Assembly (NCBI GenBank): GCA_009914755.4
Contig: CP086569.2
Coordinates: 10,208,001 to 10,272,000, forward strand
Source: the human T2T-CHM13v2.0 reference genome, Homo sapiens
DNA length: 64,000 nucleotides
Reading direction: 5' to 3'
In this document: positions 30,991 through 45,693 of the stretch, one piece after another
How positions within the stretch are numbered: the stretch's first letter is position 1
Layout of the letters: each line of letters opens with the position of its first letter
Notes under the pieces: model-generated
What the model saw: only the letters and a program-made list of their open reading frames with translations
Told to the model about the DNA's origin: nothing
The model's database searches: none
Translations under genes and position numbers: made by a program

Positions 30991-33900
30991 ATTATACTAT
31001 TATCCAATAGTGTGTGTATATATTCATATACCTCAAGTGGAATAATAAACCATTTCTAAGAAGTAAGACTATCTTTAAAATACTGCTCTCTGAATAGAAT
31101 TGTGCTTATAAAACATAGCCCATAAATCCTGTTTGGCAAAAATAAGATATCTCTCAATATTTAAACATCTCTCCTGAGTCATACAATAACCTAAATTTTG
31201 GTATTGCAAAGATCTGCGGACATAACCTCTTATCTTACAAACTGTGGTTTTAGAGTTCAACAAGGGTCTTCGTACCAAGTATATTAACCCAAACCTATGA
31301 CTAGACTAAAGGTGCCTGTGTTTTCATGAGAAATAACAGCTGTCTTGAAGAGCCAGAAAGTCTGGAAACTTTCTTTCCATATCACAGCTAGTTGACACTC
31401 AACCAGGGAAACATTGAGTTCTAAATGCCTAAGAGGTTGTTGTCTAGGCTTGGGTCCAGATTGAGATCCAGGCATCAGGAGAAGTTAAAAGTGTGGCTGG
31501 AGCAGCATGCAAGGATGAGAAAGAATGGGAAAGAATGCACTATTCAGTAAATGTTAAGAAAGATATTTTCTGAAGAGGATTAGCAGAAGAGGCTATGGAT
31601 AGGAGAACAGGAGAAGAGACCAGAGGAAAAATAACTGAGAAAGATGGGAAAATGCAAAATGAAGGGAATGCACAAGAAGAAAAGATTGAACAAGAAGAAC
31701 ACAGTGTATGTGGAGATGGAAGAGAACAAGACAGAAAAAAGAAAAAGGAGGAACAAAGAGAGATAAGAGAGGTACCTAGGACATCAGGGCTTTCTTTTAT
31801 CTTGATAATTTTTAATTTCCTGCCGTAGTGCTGGTAAACAAATCTTCTAGGAAGCAAATGCTTATAAGCTCGCTTGGTTGGAGAGAAATGATTTATCTTG
31901 GCTTTCTGTGACAGGTATCTCAGTTAACAAAGTGATAAAATAGTGATCTGGGAAAGAAACAGTTTTTACTGCCAAAAAGGGTACACGTTTAGACAAGGAG
32001 CCAAAGTGACTCGTTAATAGTGTTTCTTCATTCAGCTCAATTTCAGGAGGAGAAAATGATACAATTATATCAGCCTTATAATGGGTTCTGGGTCTTAGCA
32101 TTTCTGTTTCAGGTTGGATCCAGGTTCTCACTTTACCAGCTTTAAAAACAGCAAAGCATTCAATAATATCAGCTTCAGACTGGATCCAGTGCATGTCTGC
32201 TTTGGCTACAGGTAGTATCCAAGATATGAGTGTTCTTCCTATAAGCAAGGTCCATGGTTTGACTACTGGAGATAGAACCTTGGGCCAGAAACTTAGTAGG
32301 AAGCTTTCAGACCGGATTAAAGCGTGAATTATATCAACTTCAGGCTGGATCCAGGGAATGAGATTTTAAATAAGCCCATGATCTGCCTTTATTCATTTGA
32401 ATATTAAATGAAGATCTGACTATATCAGTTTCTTGCTTGATCCAGGGTCTCACTGCTTGGTTCTCAGCATTGGTTCGGTATGTAGCAGCTCTTTGCTGAG
32501 TCCAGGGCCAAAATATACCAACTTCAGTTTGGACCAGGGAGAGACTTTCAGGATGAATCCAGGGTCTAACTGTATCACATTGAGTCTGTAAGTGAGATGT
32601 GACTGTATCAATTTCAGTCATGTTTCAGGGCTTTATTCCTTGGCTTACAGTCCAAATTTGGAATACTTCAGTTTCAGATTGGTTCCAGGATCTTATTGAA
32701 TTCATTTGAGTCTGGAACCAGTATCTTATCACTGGATTGGCTTCAGGGTGGGTCCAGGGATGAATTTCAGAGTATAAGTCCATGATCTGATAGTAGCAGG
32801 TACATGCTGAGTCCAGGAGTAATTATGCTAACTTGATTCTGGGTCCAGGAGTGTGCCATTTGAGATTCAAGTTGGGTCCAGGGCCAAACTGCATAGTTTT
32901 GAGTTGGGGACCAACATGTCAACATTCCGCCTCAGGCCAGGTCCTAATTTCTTGAGATTCAGGCTCAGTCCATTGTTCTATTTTATCAAATTCAGAATGT
33001 GTCCAGTGTCTGACTGTATTGATTTCAGCATAGGTCCACGGTTGAATAACATCACATTCAGACTGTGTCCAGGGTCTAACTGCATTCTTTTCAGATTGGT
33101 TCCATGGGTGGGTTATTTACCATTCTCTCTGGCTTCATCCAGGTAGTAACTGTTTGAGAATAAGGTTGAGTACCATTTCTTCTTACATGCTTTTGGGTCT
33201 GAAACCAATTACTCAGAGTATTAATGTCAGACATGGTCAAGCCTGATTCAATAGTGTACCAGACTCATACATGTAACAGTGTATCAGACAAGGCCAGGGT
33301 CCAGAGTCTGACTGCTTGAAATTCACCATGAGTCAAAGGTCTGATAGTATTAGTTTTAGCTCTAGTCCAGGGCTGGATGGTGCCTGCTTCAGTCTGGATC
33401 CATAGTTTTACTGTATCAGCTTCAGAAATGTTCTGGGATCTCATTGTACCTACTTCAGACTGGGTACACAGGAAGAAGACATCAGTTTCAGATTGGATCC
33501 ATGTTATAAATGTTGTAGTTCTGTGTTTAGCCAGGATTCTATTTTACCAGGTCCAAAGGGAGTAAATGTGCTCAGTGTTTGAAATTCTGGCTGAGCCCAA
33601 GGTTTAATTTTTTTTCTGTTGCCGTTTTAAACAAACTTCTGCTAGTTAGAGCTTCAGGTTGGGAGCATAGTTTTGCTGCTTGATAGTGCAGAGGCACTAC
33701 CAAGGATATAAGGGTTCCAAATTCAGGCAAGGCCCATTCATTGATGTTTTCAATTTCATGATGTGTCCACAAAATAGTGCTTGATTTTCATATTGGATTA
33801 AGGGTTGTGTAGTATCACCTATAGGTTCTGTCCAACAAACTACTGCTGGAGATTCAGCCTGAGGCCATGGTGTGTCTGTGTCATTCGTAGGCTTTGTCCA

Positions 33901-36900
33901 AAGATTTCCTGCTGGAGATTGAGAATGTGCCCATAGTGTGACAGTAGCAGCCCAGGGCAGTATTTATGGATATTCTGTTGTTAATTCAGCCTCTTTCCAT
34001 AGTGTGATGGTATCAGCTATGGATGTTGTCCAGGTATTTACCGATGGACATTCAACCCGGGTCCAAGGTATGACTATGGAAGATATAGGCTGTGTCCATG
34101 GAATTACTACTGGAGATACAGCCTAGGCCCATGTTGTGACTTTGGAATTTACAGCATCTGTGCACGAATTTACTGTTGGAGACTCAGCTTGTGTCCACAG
34201 GATAACGTTATCAGATTCAGGTAGTGTACAGAGATTTACTGCTGAAGATTCATGTTGGACCCAAGGTTTTGTGTCTAGAATTTATTCCCTCTGGTGGGTT
34301 TGTGGTCTCACTAACTTTGAGACTGAATCCACGGAACCTCACCGTGAGTGTTACAGCTGTTAAACATGGTGTGTCCAGAGGTTGTTTCTTCAGATGTTCA
34401 GATGTGTCCAGAGTTTCTTCCTTCTGATGGGTTTGTGGTCTCGCTGACTTCAAGAGTGAAGCTGCAGACCTTCCCAGTGAATGTTACAGCTCTTAAAGGT
34501 GTAACAGCTCCAGAGTTGTTTGTTCCTCCTGCTGGGTTCTTGGTCTCACTGACTTCAGGAATGAAGCCACAGACCCTGAGGTGAGTGTTACAGCTCATAA
34601 AAGTAGTGCAGACTCAAAAAGTGAGCATCAGCAAGCTTTATTGTGAAGAGCAAAAGACCAAAGCTTTCACAGCATGGAAGGCGACCCAACCAGGTTGCTG
34701 CTGTGAGCTAGGGTAGCTAGCTTTTATTCCCTTATTTGGCCCCATGCACATCCTTTGATTGGTCCATTTTACAGAGCACTGATTGGCCCATTTTATAGAG
34801 TGCTGATTGGTCCATTTTACAGAGTGCTGATTGGTGCATTTACAATCCTTTGGCTAGATACAGAGCACTGACTGGTGCATATACAATCCTTTAGCTGGAC
34901 GGGAAAGTTCTCCAAGTCCCCACCCCATCCTCAAACTGAGGTAAAGCTCAGCTGGTTTCACCTTTCAGTTTGATTGTATAAGATTGATCCTGTGTAAATG
35001 GATTTATTGGTGGAGACTCACTCTGAATCCATGGTATAGTACTAAACCCACTAGTTTGTCCAGGGATTTATGGCTGGAAATTCAGGCTTGGTCCACAGCC
35101 TGTCTCCATCAGCTATTGTCTGTGTCCATGAAATTAGTGTCGGAGAGTCATTCAGGATTCCCTGTGTGACTATGTAAGTTTCAGACTGTGTCCAGGCATT
35201 TCCTTCTATAAATTCACCCTCATTCCATGGTAGGACCATATCAGTGATAGCCTTTCTTCAGGGATTAATTGCTGGAGATTTACCTGGAATCCATGTTGAC
35301 TACAAGATACTGGTGGATGTTCAGCATGGGTCTGTGATAGTAATATACCATGTGCCCAGGGACCTACTCCTAGAGTTTCAGCCAGAATCCACGTTGTGAG
35401 TATATCAGTTTCAGACTGTGTCCAATGATGTAGTAATAGTGATTCAGCCTGGATACACATTATTATGACCATATCAGATATAGGAGAATATATCCATGAA
35501 TTCATCACTAGTGATTCAGCATGGGTCCCTAGTGTGATTATATCAGCTTCCAACTGTTTCCAGGAATGTACTGCTGGAGACTCAACCTGGTTTCACAGTG
35601 TTATTGTTTCAGTATCAAATTGTATCTGGTAGTTTACTGCTGGAAAATAAGCTGTGGTCCACAATGAGACTGAATTAAATTCAGATGGGAGCCAGTTGTT
35701 TCCTTCTAGATATTCAGGCTGCAATTTTGTCCAAGGATTTATTGTTGGCATTTCATCAAGGGTCAATTGTATGACAGTTTCAGCTATAGCTTTTGCCCAG
35801 GGATTCATTGCTGGGAATCTATCCTGGGTCCATGGTGTGACTGTCTTAGCTATAGGCTCTGTCAAGGGAATTAAGGCTGGAAATTCACCTTGATTCCAAC
35901 GTGTGACTTTATCAGATACAAAACGTGTCCAGAGATCCACTGCTGGAGATTCAGCAATAGTCCACAGTATGACCGGATCAGTTTCAGACTGTCTCCAGCA
36001 TGTTAATCCTTGAAATTCAGCCTTTGTCCATGTTGTGACTATATCTGCTGACATATTTGTCCAATAGTTTACTGTTGGAGTTTCACACAGTGGGACTGTG
36101 TGAGTTTCAGATTGTGTCCAGGGATTTAATTCTTGAGACTCTCCCTGCATCCATGGTGTTTACATAATAGCTTCATTTTGTATCCAGGAGTTGATTACAC
36201 CAAGGTCTTTCTGAATCCAGGGTCTCAGAATGTCATCTTCAGCCTGGGTCCATGATCTAACTTTACCACTTTCAACCTTGCCCCAGTGTCTAAATGCATA
36301 AGTTTCATGAAGTATCCAGTCTCTTACCTTTTTAGCCACAGGCTGGTTCCAAAACCTCACTATTTCAGTGTCAGACTGTATCCAGTGGTGATCCATCAGA
36401 GTTACTGGTTCTCTCCACTATGTGACTGGCTCTGCTTGAGACTGAAACAAAAGTTTGATGATATCAGCTTCAGTGTGATTCAGGGTCTGCATTTATCAGC
36501 TTCAGGTTGGGACCCGGGTACCACTGTTTCCATTCCAGTTTGGGCCCAATACCTAATTGGATCTGTTTCTGGTCGGGTCCAATGTTTTTCTTTCCATTCT
36601 TCAGTCTGCGTTCTGGGCCACAATATCTAATATTTATGCCGAATCCAGGGTCTCACTCTTTCAGTTTCAGTTTGTAACCATGGTTTAATTGTATCAGCTT
36701 TCAAGTGAGTCAAGAGTCTTCCTGATTGAGTTTCTGGCTGGGACCACGTTTGGAATATGGTTGTTTCAGGCTGATTCCAGGGTCTGATCATGTCAACTTT
36801 AGAGTGAATTAAGGGCTCAATTATGTTCATAATAGGATTTATTAAGATCCATGTCTGCATTGGGGGTTTCAGTATAACAGCCTCATGTTTATTCAATGTA

Positions 36901-37484
36901 CTAAATCTATTCATTTGATATAAAGGCCTGATAATACTTGTTTTCTGTTGCATACAGTACCTAATATTGGCATCTTTTGACTTAGCACATGACTATGGAG
37001 TATGCAGTATGGAAGAAATCCAGAACTGATTGACTCAGCTTCCGTCAGAATCCAGTATCCATCTGTCCTTTCTATAGTTTCTTGGGATCGAAATATATTT
37101 AAGACTGGCTGACACCATGGTTCAAAGTTATGGATTACTGTAGGATACTGAGATCCATCTTCATTGAGGGAAGAATGAGCCCATAGTTCAATTTTATTAA
37201 CTCTGAAAGGTACCAGTGGAATCCAGTTGTAAGTTACTGGTTTAACACCAGGTTTAACTCTATGAGCTGCATGATACGTTTGGTGTTTGAATCTGCATCA
37301 CTGTTTCTGTTTTATAAGACACAAACTGTTTCCAAGTTTCAACTTCAGGAGTAATTTCTAGCCAAGGTATAGCTACAAGTTGTCGATGAGATGGAACATT
37401 AATAGATTGAACCTGAGACTGACCAATATCCATCTTAGAAGAAACTGGAGATCCATCTATCCCACTTGAAAAGAGAAACCAGAG

Positions 37485-37901
<417 letters not shown>

Positions 37902-38564
37902 TTATAATAGCTAATGTATTAATCCAAGATCTTGCTGAATCAGTCACAGTTTGATACTTATAATTCATTGCATTTTTCTGAGGAAGATTCCAGGATATAG
38001 CTATAATAACAGGGGTACTCCAGTGTTCAGCTGTATTGGGATGATTCCGTAGTTCAGCAACAGGAGAAATCCAGGATCATACCATTGGGAATTTGCTAGC
38101 AGAGGAGAGGTGACCACTTTGAAAGTGTAATAATCTATTGGCATGAAAAAAGTCTCTATTATTTGAACCAAAAAACATTGATTGAGGATTCCAGTGCTTT
38201 CTGTTTACTGGGAAAGTGCTTAATCTTCTCCCCTATGTTTGTACTGAGAATCCATGGAACACCAAAGTGGCAGAGCCTGTGTTAGAGCAAAGTGTGTTTT
38301 GTGGACTGTCTTTTACTCCAGGAGGAAAGTTGCAGGGTAGAGAAAAAGTAGGACCCAGTGGCTTCTGGGATGCCTTGGTAAGCCATCTCATCCATATGTA
38401 TGGGACTGTCCTGATGACAAGAACAGGGTCATAACAGGCTTCTGAGGTTATCACTGACCAGGCCTACCAGTTCCCAGTGACTTCCAAAGAGGCAAAGAAC
38501 AGGAATACCTTGCTGTACCTGAAAGGTTAGAAACAAAGATAACCAAATATATTAGAAATACATA

Positions 38565-39160
38565 CAGACATGTAGTATACACTATTAAAATACATAATGC
38601 ATAAATTACATATATATGCAATACATGTATATTAATTATAAAATACACAGATACATATATTTTATGTTCATCAATACTTATATTTATAAATTAGTTAAAT
38701 AGTTATGTGGTTTATACATATATTAAATTATAAGATATTAAATTGTAAATATAAGTTATACTTTTGTATCACATGTAAATTTCATATTACTTGATGGGCA
38801 ATAATAAATATTACATGGTCCATACTTCAAGAGTTCCATATGATACTTAGGAATAAATAATTCTAACTGTGGTTAAAATAGTAAAATTAAATACTAGAGG
38901 GAAATTAGAGGAAAGTTCTATACCATAAAAAATCACCTTCATACTCAAAATCATTATCTGAATATTACTTATGCCTTTAGCCAAGTAATCTTAGGCAAAG
39001 CAAAACTTATACAGTCATATGAAATGACTGTTTGTATCATCTCCTCTGCCACTACATTTGTTGAAGCCATCACCATTTGTTTGGTCTCTCTGCTTGATTC
39101 TGATAGCTACTTGCCTCTCACAGTTTGTTCTCCCAGTAGCCAGAACTACACTCAGAGTAA
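38565..39160. repeat. Direct repeat X (about 600 bp), immediately 5' of the truncated L1. It is paralogous to 42612..43240.
   Basis: ...taaattagttaaatagttatgtggtttatacatatattaaattataagatattaaattgtaaatataagttatac...caaaatcattatctgaatattacttatgcctttagccaagtaatcttaggcaaagcaaaacttatacagtcatatgaaatgactg...cagtttgttctcccagtagccagaactacactcagagtaaaa recurs at about 85-90% identity at 42612..43240, ending at the same ...gtaaaa. Confidence 0.7.
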
Positions 39161-42100
39161 AAGTACTTATTCTAAAACTGACTACGTAATTGGAAGTAAA
39201 ACACTCCTCAGCAAATGCAAAAGAACAGAAATCATAACAAACAGTCTCTCAGGACACAGTGCAGTCCTCAGGATTAAAAAAGTCACTAAAAGCTGCACAA
39301 CTACATGGAAACTGAACAACCTGCTGCTGAAGGTCTACTGGGTAAATAATGAAATGAATAAAGAAATTCTTTGAAACCGATGAGAACAAAGACACAACAT
39401 ACCAGAATCTCTGAGAAACATTTAAAGCAGGGTTTTGAGGGAAATTTATACCACTTAATATCCACAAGAGAAAGTAGGAAAGATCTAAAATTAGCACACT
39501 AACATCAAAACTGAAAGAACTAGAGAACAAGAAAAGCAAGAGCAAACAAATTCAAAAGCTAGCAGAAGACAAGAAATAACTAAGATAAGAGAAGAACTGA
39601 AGGAGACAGAGACACAAAAAACCCTTCAAGAAAATCAATGAATCCAGGAGCTGGTTTTTCAGAAACATCAACAAAATAGATAGACCACTGGCCAGAGTAA
39701 TAAAGAAGAAAAGAGAGAAGAATCAAATAGACACAATAAAAAATGATAAAGGAGAGATCACCTCTGATCCCATAGAAATACAAACAACCATCAGAGAATA
39801 CTATAAACACCTCTACCAAAATACAGTAGAAAATCTAGAAGAAATGGATAAATTCCTGGATGCACACACCCGCCCAATTTTAAACCAGGAAGAAGTCGAA
39901 TCCCTGAATAGACCAATAACAAGTTCTGAAATTGAGGCAGTAATTCATAACCTATAAAACAAATAAACAAAAAAATCCAGGACTAGATGGATTCATAGAC
40001 AAATTCCAGCAGACATACAAAGAGTAGCTGGTAGCATTCCTTCTGAAATTATTCCAAACAATAGAAAAAGAGAGAATCCTCCTGAACTCGTTTTATGAGG
40101 CCAGAATCATCCTGATATCCAAACCTGGCAGAGACACAGCAAAAAAAGAGAAAATTTCAGGCCAATATCCCTGATGAACATTGATGCAAAAATCCTCAAT
40201 GAAATACTGGCAAACCAAATCCAGCAGCACATCAAAAAATGTATCCACCACGATCAAGTCAGGTTCATACCTGGATGCAAGGCTGATTCAACATGTGCAA
40301 ATCAATAAATGCAATCCATCACATAGACAGAACCAATGACAAAAACCACATGATTATCTCAATAGATCCAGAAAACCCCTTCAACAAAATTCAACATCCC
40401 TTCATGATAAAAACTCAATAAAGTAGGTATTGATAGAACATATTTCAAAATAATAAGACCTACTTATGACAAACCCACAGTCAATGTCATACTGAATGGC
40501 TGAACCTGGAAGCTTTCTTTCCCTCTGAAAATCTGCACAAGACAATGATGCCCCCTCTCTCACCACTCCTATTCACCATAGTATTGGAAGTTCTGACCAG
40601 GGCAATCAGGCAATTGAAAGAAATAAAGGGTATTGAAGTAGGAAAAGAGGAAGTCAAATTGTCTCTGTTTGCAGATTACAAGATTGTATATTTAGAAAAC
40701 CCCACTGTCTCAGCTCAAAATCTCCTTAAGCTGATAAGCAACTTCAGCAAAGTCTCAAGATACAAAATCAATGTGCAAAAATCACAAGCATTCCTATACA
40801 CCAATAGCAAACAGCGAGCCAAATCATGAGTGAACTCACATACACAATTGCTACAAAGAGAATAAAATACCTAGGAATATAACTTACAAGGGATGTAAAG
40901 GACCTTTTCAAGGAGAACTACAAAACACTGCTGAAGGAAATCAGAGAGGACACAAATACATGGAAAAACATTCCATGTTCATTATAGGAAGAATCAATAT
41001 TTTGAAAATGGCCATCCTGCCCAAAGTAATTTATAGATTCAATGCTATCCCCATTAAAGGTATGATTGACTTTCTTCACAGAATTGTTAAAAACTATATT
41101 AAACTTCATATGGAGCCAAAAAAGAGCTGGCATAGCCAAGACAATCCTAAACAAAAAGAAGAAAGCTGTAGGCATCATGCTACCTGTCTTCAAACTGTAA
41201 CAACACAAGGCTACAATAAGCAAAACAGCATGGTACTGGTACCAAAACAGATATATAGACCAATGAAACAGAACATAAGTCTCTGACATAATACCACGCC
41301 TCTACAACCATGTGATCTTTGGCAAATCTAACAGAAACAAGCAATGGGGAAAGGATTTCCTATTTAATAAATGGTATTTGGAGAACTGGCTAGCCATATG
41401 CAGAAAACTGAAACTGGACCCCTTCCTTACACCTTATACAAAAATTAACTCAAGATGGATTAAAGACTTAAACATAACACCTAAAACCATAAAAACCCTA
41501 GAAGAAAACCTAGATGATACCATTCAGCACGTAGGCATCAACAAACACTTCATGTCTAAAACACCAAAAGCAATGGCAACAAAAGCCAAAATTGACAAAT
41601 GGGACCTAAGTAAACTAAAGAGCTTCTGACAGCAAAAGAAACTATCATTAGAGTGAACAGGCAACCTACAGAATGGGAGAACATTTTTGTAATCTATCCA
41701 TCTAACAAAGGACCAATATCCACAATCTACAAGGAACTTAATCAAATTTACGAGAAAAAAATAAAACCACCCATCAAAAAGTGAGCCAATGATATGAACA
41801 GACACTTCTCAAAAGGAGACATTTATGCAGCCAACAAACATGAAAAAAAGTTCATCATCCCTGATCATTAGATAAATGCAAATCAAAACCACAATGAGAT
41901 ACCATCTCATGCCATTTAGAATGGTGATCATTAAAAAGTCAGGAAACAACAGATGCTGGAGACGACTGGAGAAATAAGAATGCTTTTACACTGTTGGTGG
42001 TAGTGTAAATTAGTTCAACCATTGCGGAATACAGTCTGGTGATTCCTCAAGGATCTAAAACTAGAAATACCATTTGACCAGGCAATCCCTTTACGGGTTA

Positions 42101-42595
42101 TATACCCAAAGGATTATAAATCATTCCACTATAAAGACACATGCAAACTTATGTTTATTGAGGGATTGTTCACAATAGCAAAGACTTGGAACCAACCCAA
42201 ATGTCCATCAATGATAGACGTGATAAAGAAAATGTGACACATATACACTATGGAATACTAAGCAGCCATAGAAAAGGATGAGTTTATGTCCTTTGCAGGG
42301 ACATGGGTGAAGCTGGAAAGCATCATTCTCAGCAAACTAACACAAGGACAGGAAGCCAAACATGGCATGTTCTTATTCATAAGTTGGAGTTGAACAATGA
42401 GAACACATGGAGGGGAACATCATACACCGGGGCTTGTCGGTGGGTGGAGGGTTAGAGGAGGTATAGTATTAGAAGAAATACCTAATATATGTGATGGGTT
42501 GATGGGTGCAGCAAACCACCATAACACATGTATACCTATGTAACAAAACTGCACGTTCTGCACATGTACCCCAGAACTTAAAGTATATACAAAAA
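39160..42595 (+). mobile_element. 5'-truncated L1 (older L1PA/L1PB-like, about 3.4 kb) with a degraded ORF2 and an A/T-rich tail
   Basis: Starts within ORF2 (..ctgactacgtaattggaagtaaaacactcctcagcaaatgcaaaagaacagaaatcataacaaac, matching the young L1 at 54800). ORFs 40545..40829 ([44 protein letters not shown]...) and 40960..41286 are RT and C-terminal ORF2 fragments about 85% identical to the young L1 copy. Ends ...ctgcacatgtaccccagaacttaaagtatatacaaaaaagaaa. Confidence 0.85.
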
Positions 42596-42611
42596 AGAAA
42601 TACATATTTAT

Positions 42612-43240
42612 ATATAGACATATACTATACATATATTAAAATATATATAATGCACAATATACATGTATTAAATACATATATTGCACAAAGTTCATCTATA
42701 GGTAATACATATATAATTATAAAATATGTGGATGCATATATTGTATATGTTTAGGAATACTTATATTTATAAATTAGTTATATAGCTTATATGATTTATA
42801 CATATATTAAATTATAAGATATTAACTTAAAAGTATAAATTATAGTTTTCTATCACATGTAAATTCCATATTACTTGATAGACAGTAATAAATTTTACAT
42901 TTTATATACTTCATGAGTTCCATATTAACACTTAGGCATAAATAATTGTAACTCTGGTTAAAAGAGTGAAATAAGATACTAGAGGGAATTTAGAGGAAAG
43001 TTCTAAACAAAGATCACTTACATACCCAACATCGTTATCTGAATATTATTTATGCCCTCAGCCAAGTAACTTTAGGCAAAGCACAACTTATACAGTCACA
43101 TGAAATGACTGGGAGTATCACTTTCTCTGCCGTTACGTTTGTTGAAGCATCATCATTTGTTTGGTCTCTCTGCTTGAACCTGATACTCACTTGCAGCTTA
43201 CAGTTTGTTCTCCCTGTAGCCAGAATTATACTCTGCGTAA
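42612..43240. repeat. Direct repeat X', immediately 3' of the truncated L1
   Basis: See 38565..39160. Confidence 0.7.
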
Positions 43241-44525
43241 AACCAAAAGGATTTGTCTTTGATCTCAATTAAGTGTTTTATTTTGTTCATCTTGCCACAT
43301 GATGGGAGTATGACTACTTGCTTAATTCTAGTCTCAGAATTATTTCAGTGGTTATTTTCTCTGCCTGGAATTCTCTTCCTTCAAATATCTGCCTAGATTA
43401 CTGCCCCAAAGGTTTAGTCTTTGCTTAAGTAAAGCATTTTTAAAGTCATGCCACTCCAAAAGACATTTGCCAACATCTTTCTATCACTTATTAATTTATC
43501 AAAATATGTTTTACCACTGAACATTTTACTTTACTTTTTTCTTGCTTGTAGATTGACAAAAAATGTAAGCTTCATGATAGTAAGCCTAATTACATGATTT
43601 TATAACCAATAACCCTTAGCCCACACGAAAATAAATGATTAAGCACTTCATATTTTACAAATGAATGACTGCTCATTGTTTTTGTTCTATATTCAATATC
43701 ATTACGTTGAAATGTAAAGAATATTAATTTATTTAACATATTAACAGATTCTTAAATATGATTTAATTTTTAAAGACCATCTTGCCTATTGCTTTCCAGA
43801 ACAGAAAATGTTTTATTCCTCTAAAATGTGCTACTTTTGCTTTAAAATATTTCTGTAGGAAATTTTTTTCTGTGGCTCCTACTGATTAAATAATCAAGTC
43901 TAAATATCATAACTTCAAATTATGAATTCAGCTTATTTTTCTGTTCTCATGTCTTCTCTATCTCTTTTTACCAACTTTTTTCAGAAAAAAAAACACATTT
44001 TCCTATCCAAATATAATCTATGTATTAAATATTCTTCCTACATCTGTATATCTTATTTCTATAATAAAGAGCTGCTTTTCTTTCAAAGCCCATTCTAAAA
44101 ACCTAATGAATGTGTACATATAATGAACCATATATTCTATATATTCCTACTGTTTGCAATACAAATTCCTGCATGAACATGGACCATTATATCTTGTAAA
44201 GTTATTGCACTATCCTTTACACTTGATTTATTTCATATTAGGCAGTAAGCTCTCTAACTACAGGGCTCAGGATTGGATTTTCTGAGAAGTGGGATGAGGC
44301 CTGTTTCCTGTATGTGCCCCATTAGGTTAGAATTCTTTGTCTGTACTGGTATCCTGCCTGTCTTAATTGCAAGTTTTTTAAGTACAAATTTTATGATTTT
44401 TTATGGTAGTCTTTTGGACTTCGAAAATGTTCCAATAATGTTTGTTAGCAAAGAATATTGAAATGATTTAGTAACCTTTCTCCATCATAAATTCCATTCA
44501 TATTTCAAATAGTTTAACTTTTCTA

Positions 44526-44745
44526 TTTTTTTTTTTTTTTTGAGAGAATGACTCTTCTCTGTCCCCTAGGGTGGAGTGCAGTGGCACAATCTCAGCTCAC
44601 TGCAAACTCTGCCTTCTGGGCTCAAGCGAGTCTCATGCCTCAGCCTCCTCAGTGGCTGGTATTACAGGCACACATAACCACGACAGGCCAGTTTTTGTAT
44701 TTTTAGTAGAGAAAAGGGTTTCACCATGTTGGTCAGCCTGGTTAA
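44526..44745 (-). mobile_element. Alu (5'-truncated) with a poly-T tail
   Basis: ttttttttttttttttgagagaatgactcttctctgtcccctagggtggagtgcagtggcacaatctcagctcactgcaaactctgccttctgggctcaagcgagtctcatgcctcagcctcc... Confidence 0.8.
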
Positions 44746-44756
44746 GTTTCCTTCTA

Positions 44757-45058
44757 AGGCCAAGCGTGGTGGCACATGACAGTTATCCAATGTAATTTGG
44801 GAGGTTGAGGTGGGCAGATCACTTGATCCCAGGAGTTCAAGATTAGCCTGGGCAACAGTAAGACTCCAACACTAGAGAAAAATAATTAACTAGGTGTTGT
44901 GGTGCATGCCTATGGTTCCAGCTACTGGGAAGTCTGAGATGGGAGTATCACTTGAGCCTGGGATGTCAAGGCTGCAGTGAGCACTGATTATGTCATTGTA
45001 CTCCAGCCTGGATGACAGAGTGAGACCCTGTGTAAAAAAATAATAATAATAATAATTC
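44757..45058 (+). mobile_element. Alu (full length) with an (AAT)n-containing tail
   Basis: ggccaagcgtggtggcacatgacagttatccaatgtaatttgggaggttgaggtgggcagatcacttgatcccaggagttcaagattagcctgggcaacag...ctccagcctggatgacagagtgagaccctgtgtaaaaaaataataataataataatt. Confidence 0.85.
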
Positions 45059-45412
45059 TGGCCATTTTTGTCTTATTAATTGTGGCTATTTATACACTAA
45101 ATATTACCCCCTTCAGAAGGTACTACATGATATCCTACATTAGGCTTTAAGAAAAAGACCATGATATTCTTTCAAAAGTAGCTATTTGTAGACGTGTGTT
45201 TTTCAGAACTAATTTTGCTGTGTCATTTTGGATTTTCATAATTGATAATGACCTTTCATGACTTCAGATTTTCATTTTTTATAAATTCTCAGTTTATATT
45301 TGTTTAATTGGATTATAGATTTTTTCTAACAACTGAGTTCAGGAATCAAACTATAACTCTGTCGGTTTTTCCCTTTGTTTCTAAATACCTTTTCATTTAT
45401 TCTATTTGTTCA

Positions 45413-45693
45413 TTTTTTTTTTTTTTTTTAGAAACATAGTCTCCCAGGCTGGAGTGAAGTGACAAGATCATAGGTTACTGCAACCTCAAACTCCCTGGCT
45501 CAAGCAATTCTTTCCCAACAGACTTCAAAGTAGCTAGGGCTACAGGCACAGTCCAAAACACCCAGCTATTTTTTTTTTTCTAGAGACAGCATCTCACTAT
45601 GTTCACCAAGCTAGTCTGGAACTCTTGGCCTCAAGTGATCCTCCTGCCTCAGTTTCCCAAAGTATTGAAATTATAGGCATGAGCCCCTGTGGC
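45413..45693 (-). mobile_element. Alu (full length)
   Basis: Poly-T followed by agaaacatagtctcccaggctggagtgaagtgacaagatcataggttactgcaacctcaaactccctggctcaagc...cccaaagtattgaaattataggcatgagcccctgtggc. Confidence 0.8.

Noticed and set aside
31862-37000. Many 60-185 aa ORFs on both strands (for example 35593..36150-, 31862..32248-, 35206..35553-) suggesting a repeat-containing protein
   Set aside because: The 11 aa periodicity follows exactly from the 33 bp satellite monomer. Frames are open on both strands simultaneously, with no start or splice context and a peptide repeat pattern unlike any recognisable protein domain. These are artefacts of a tandem repeat whose unit is a multiple of 3.
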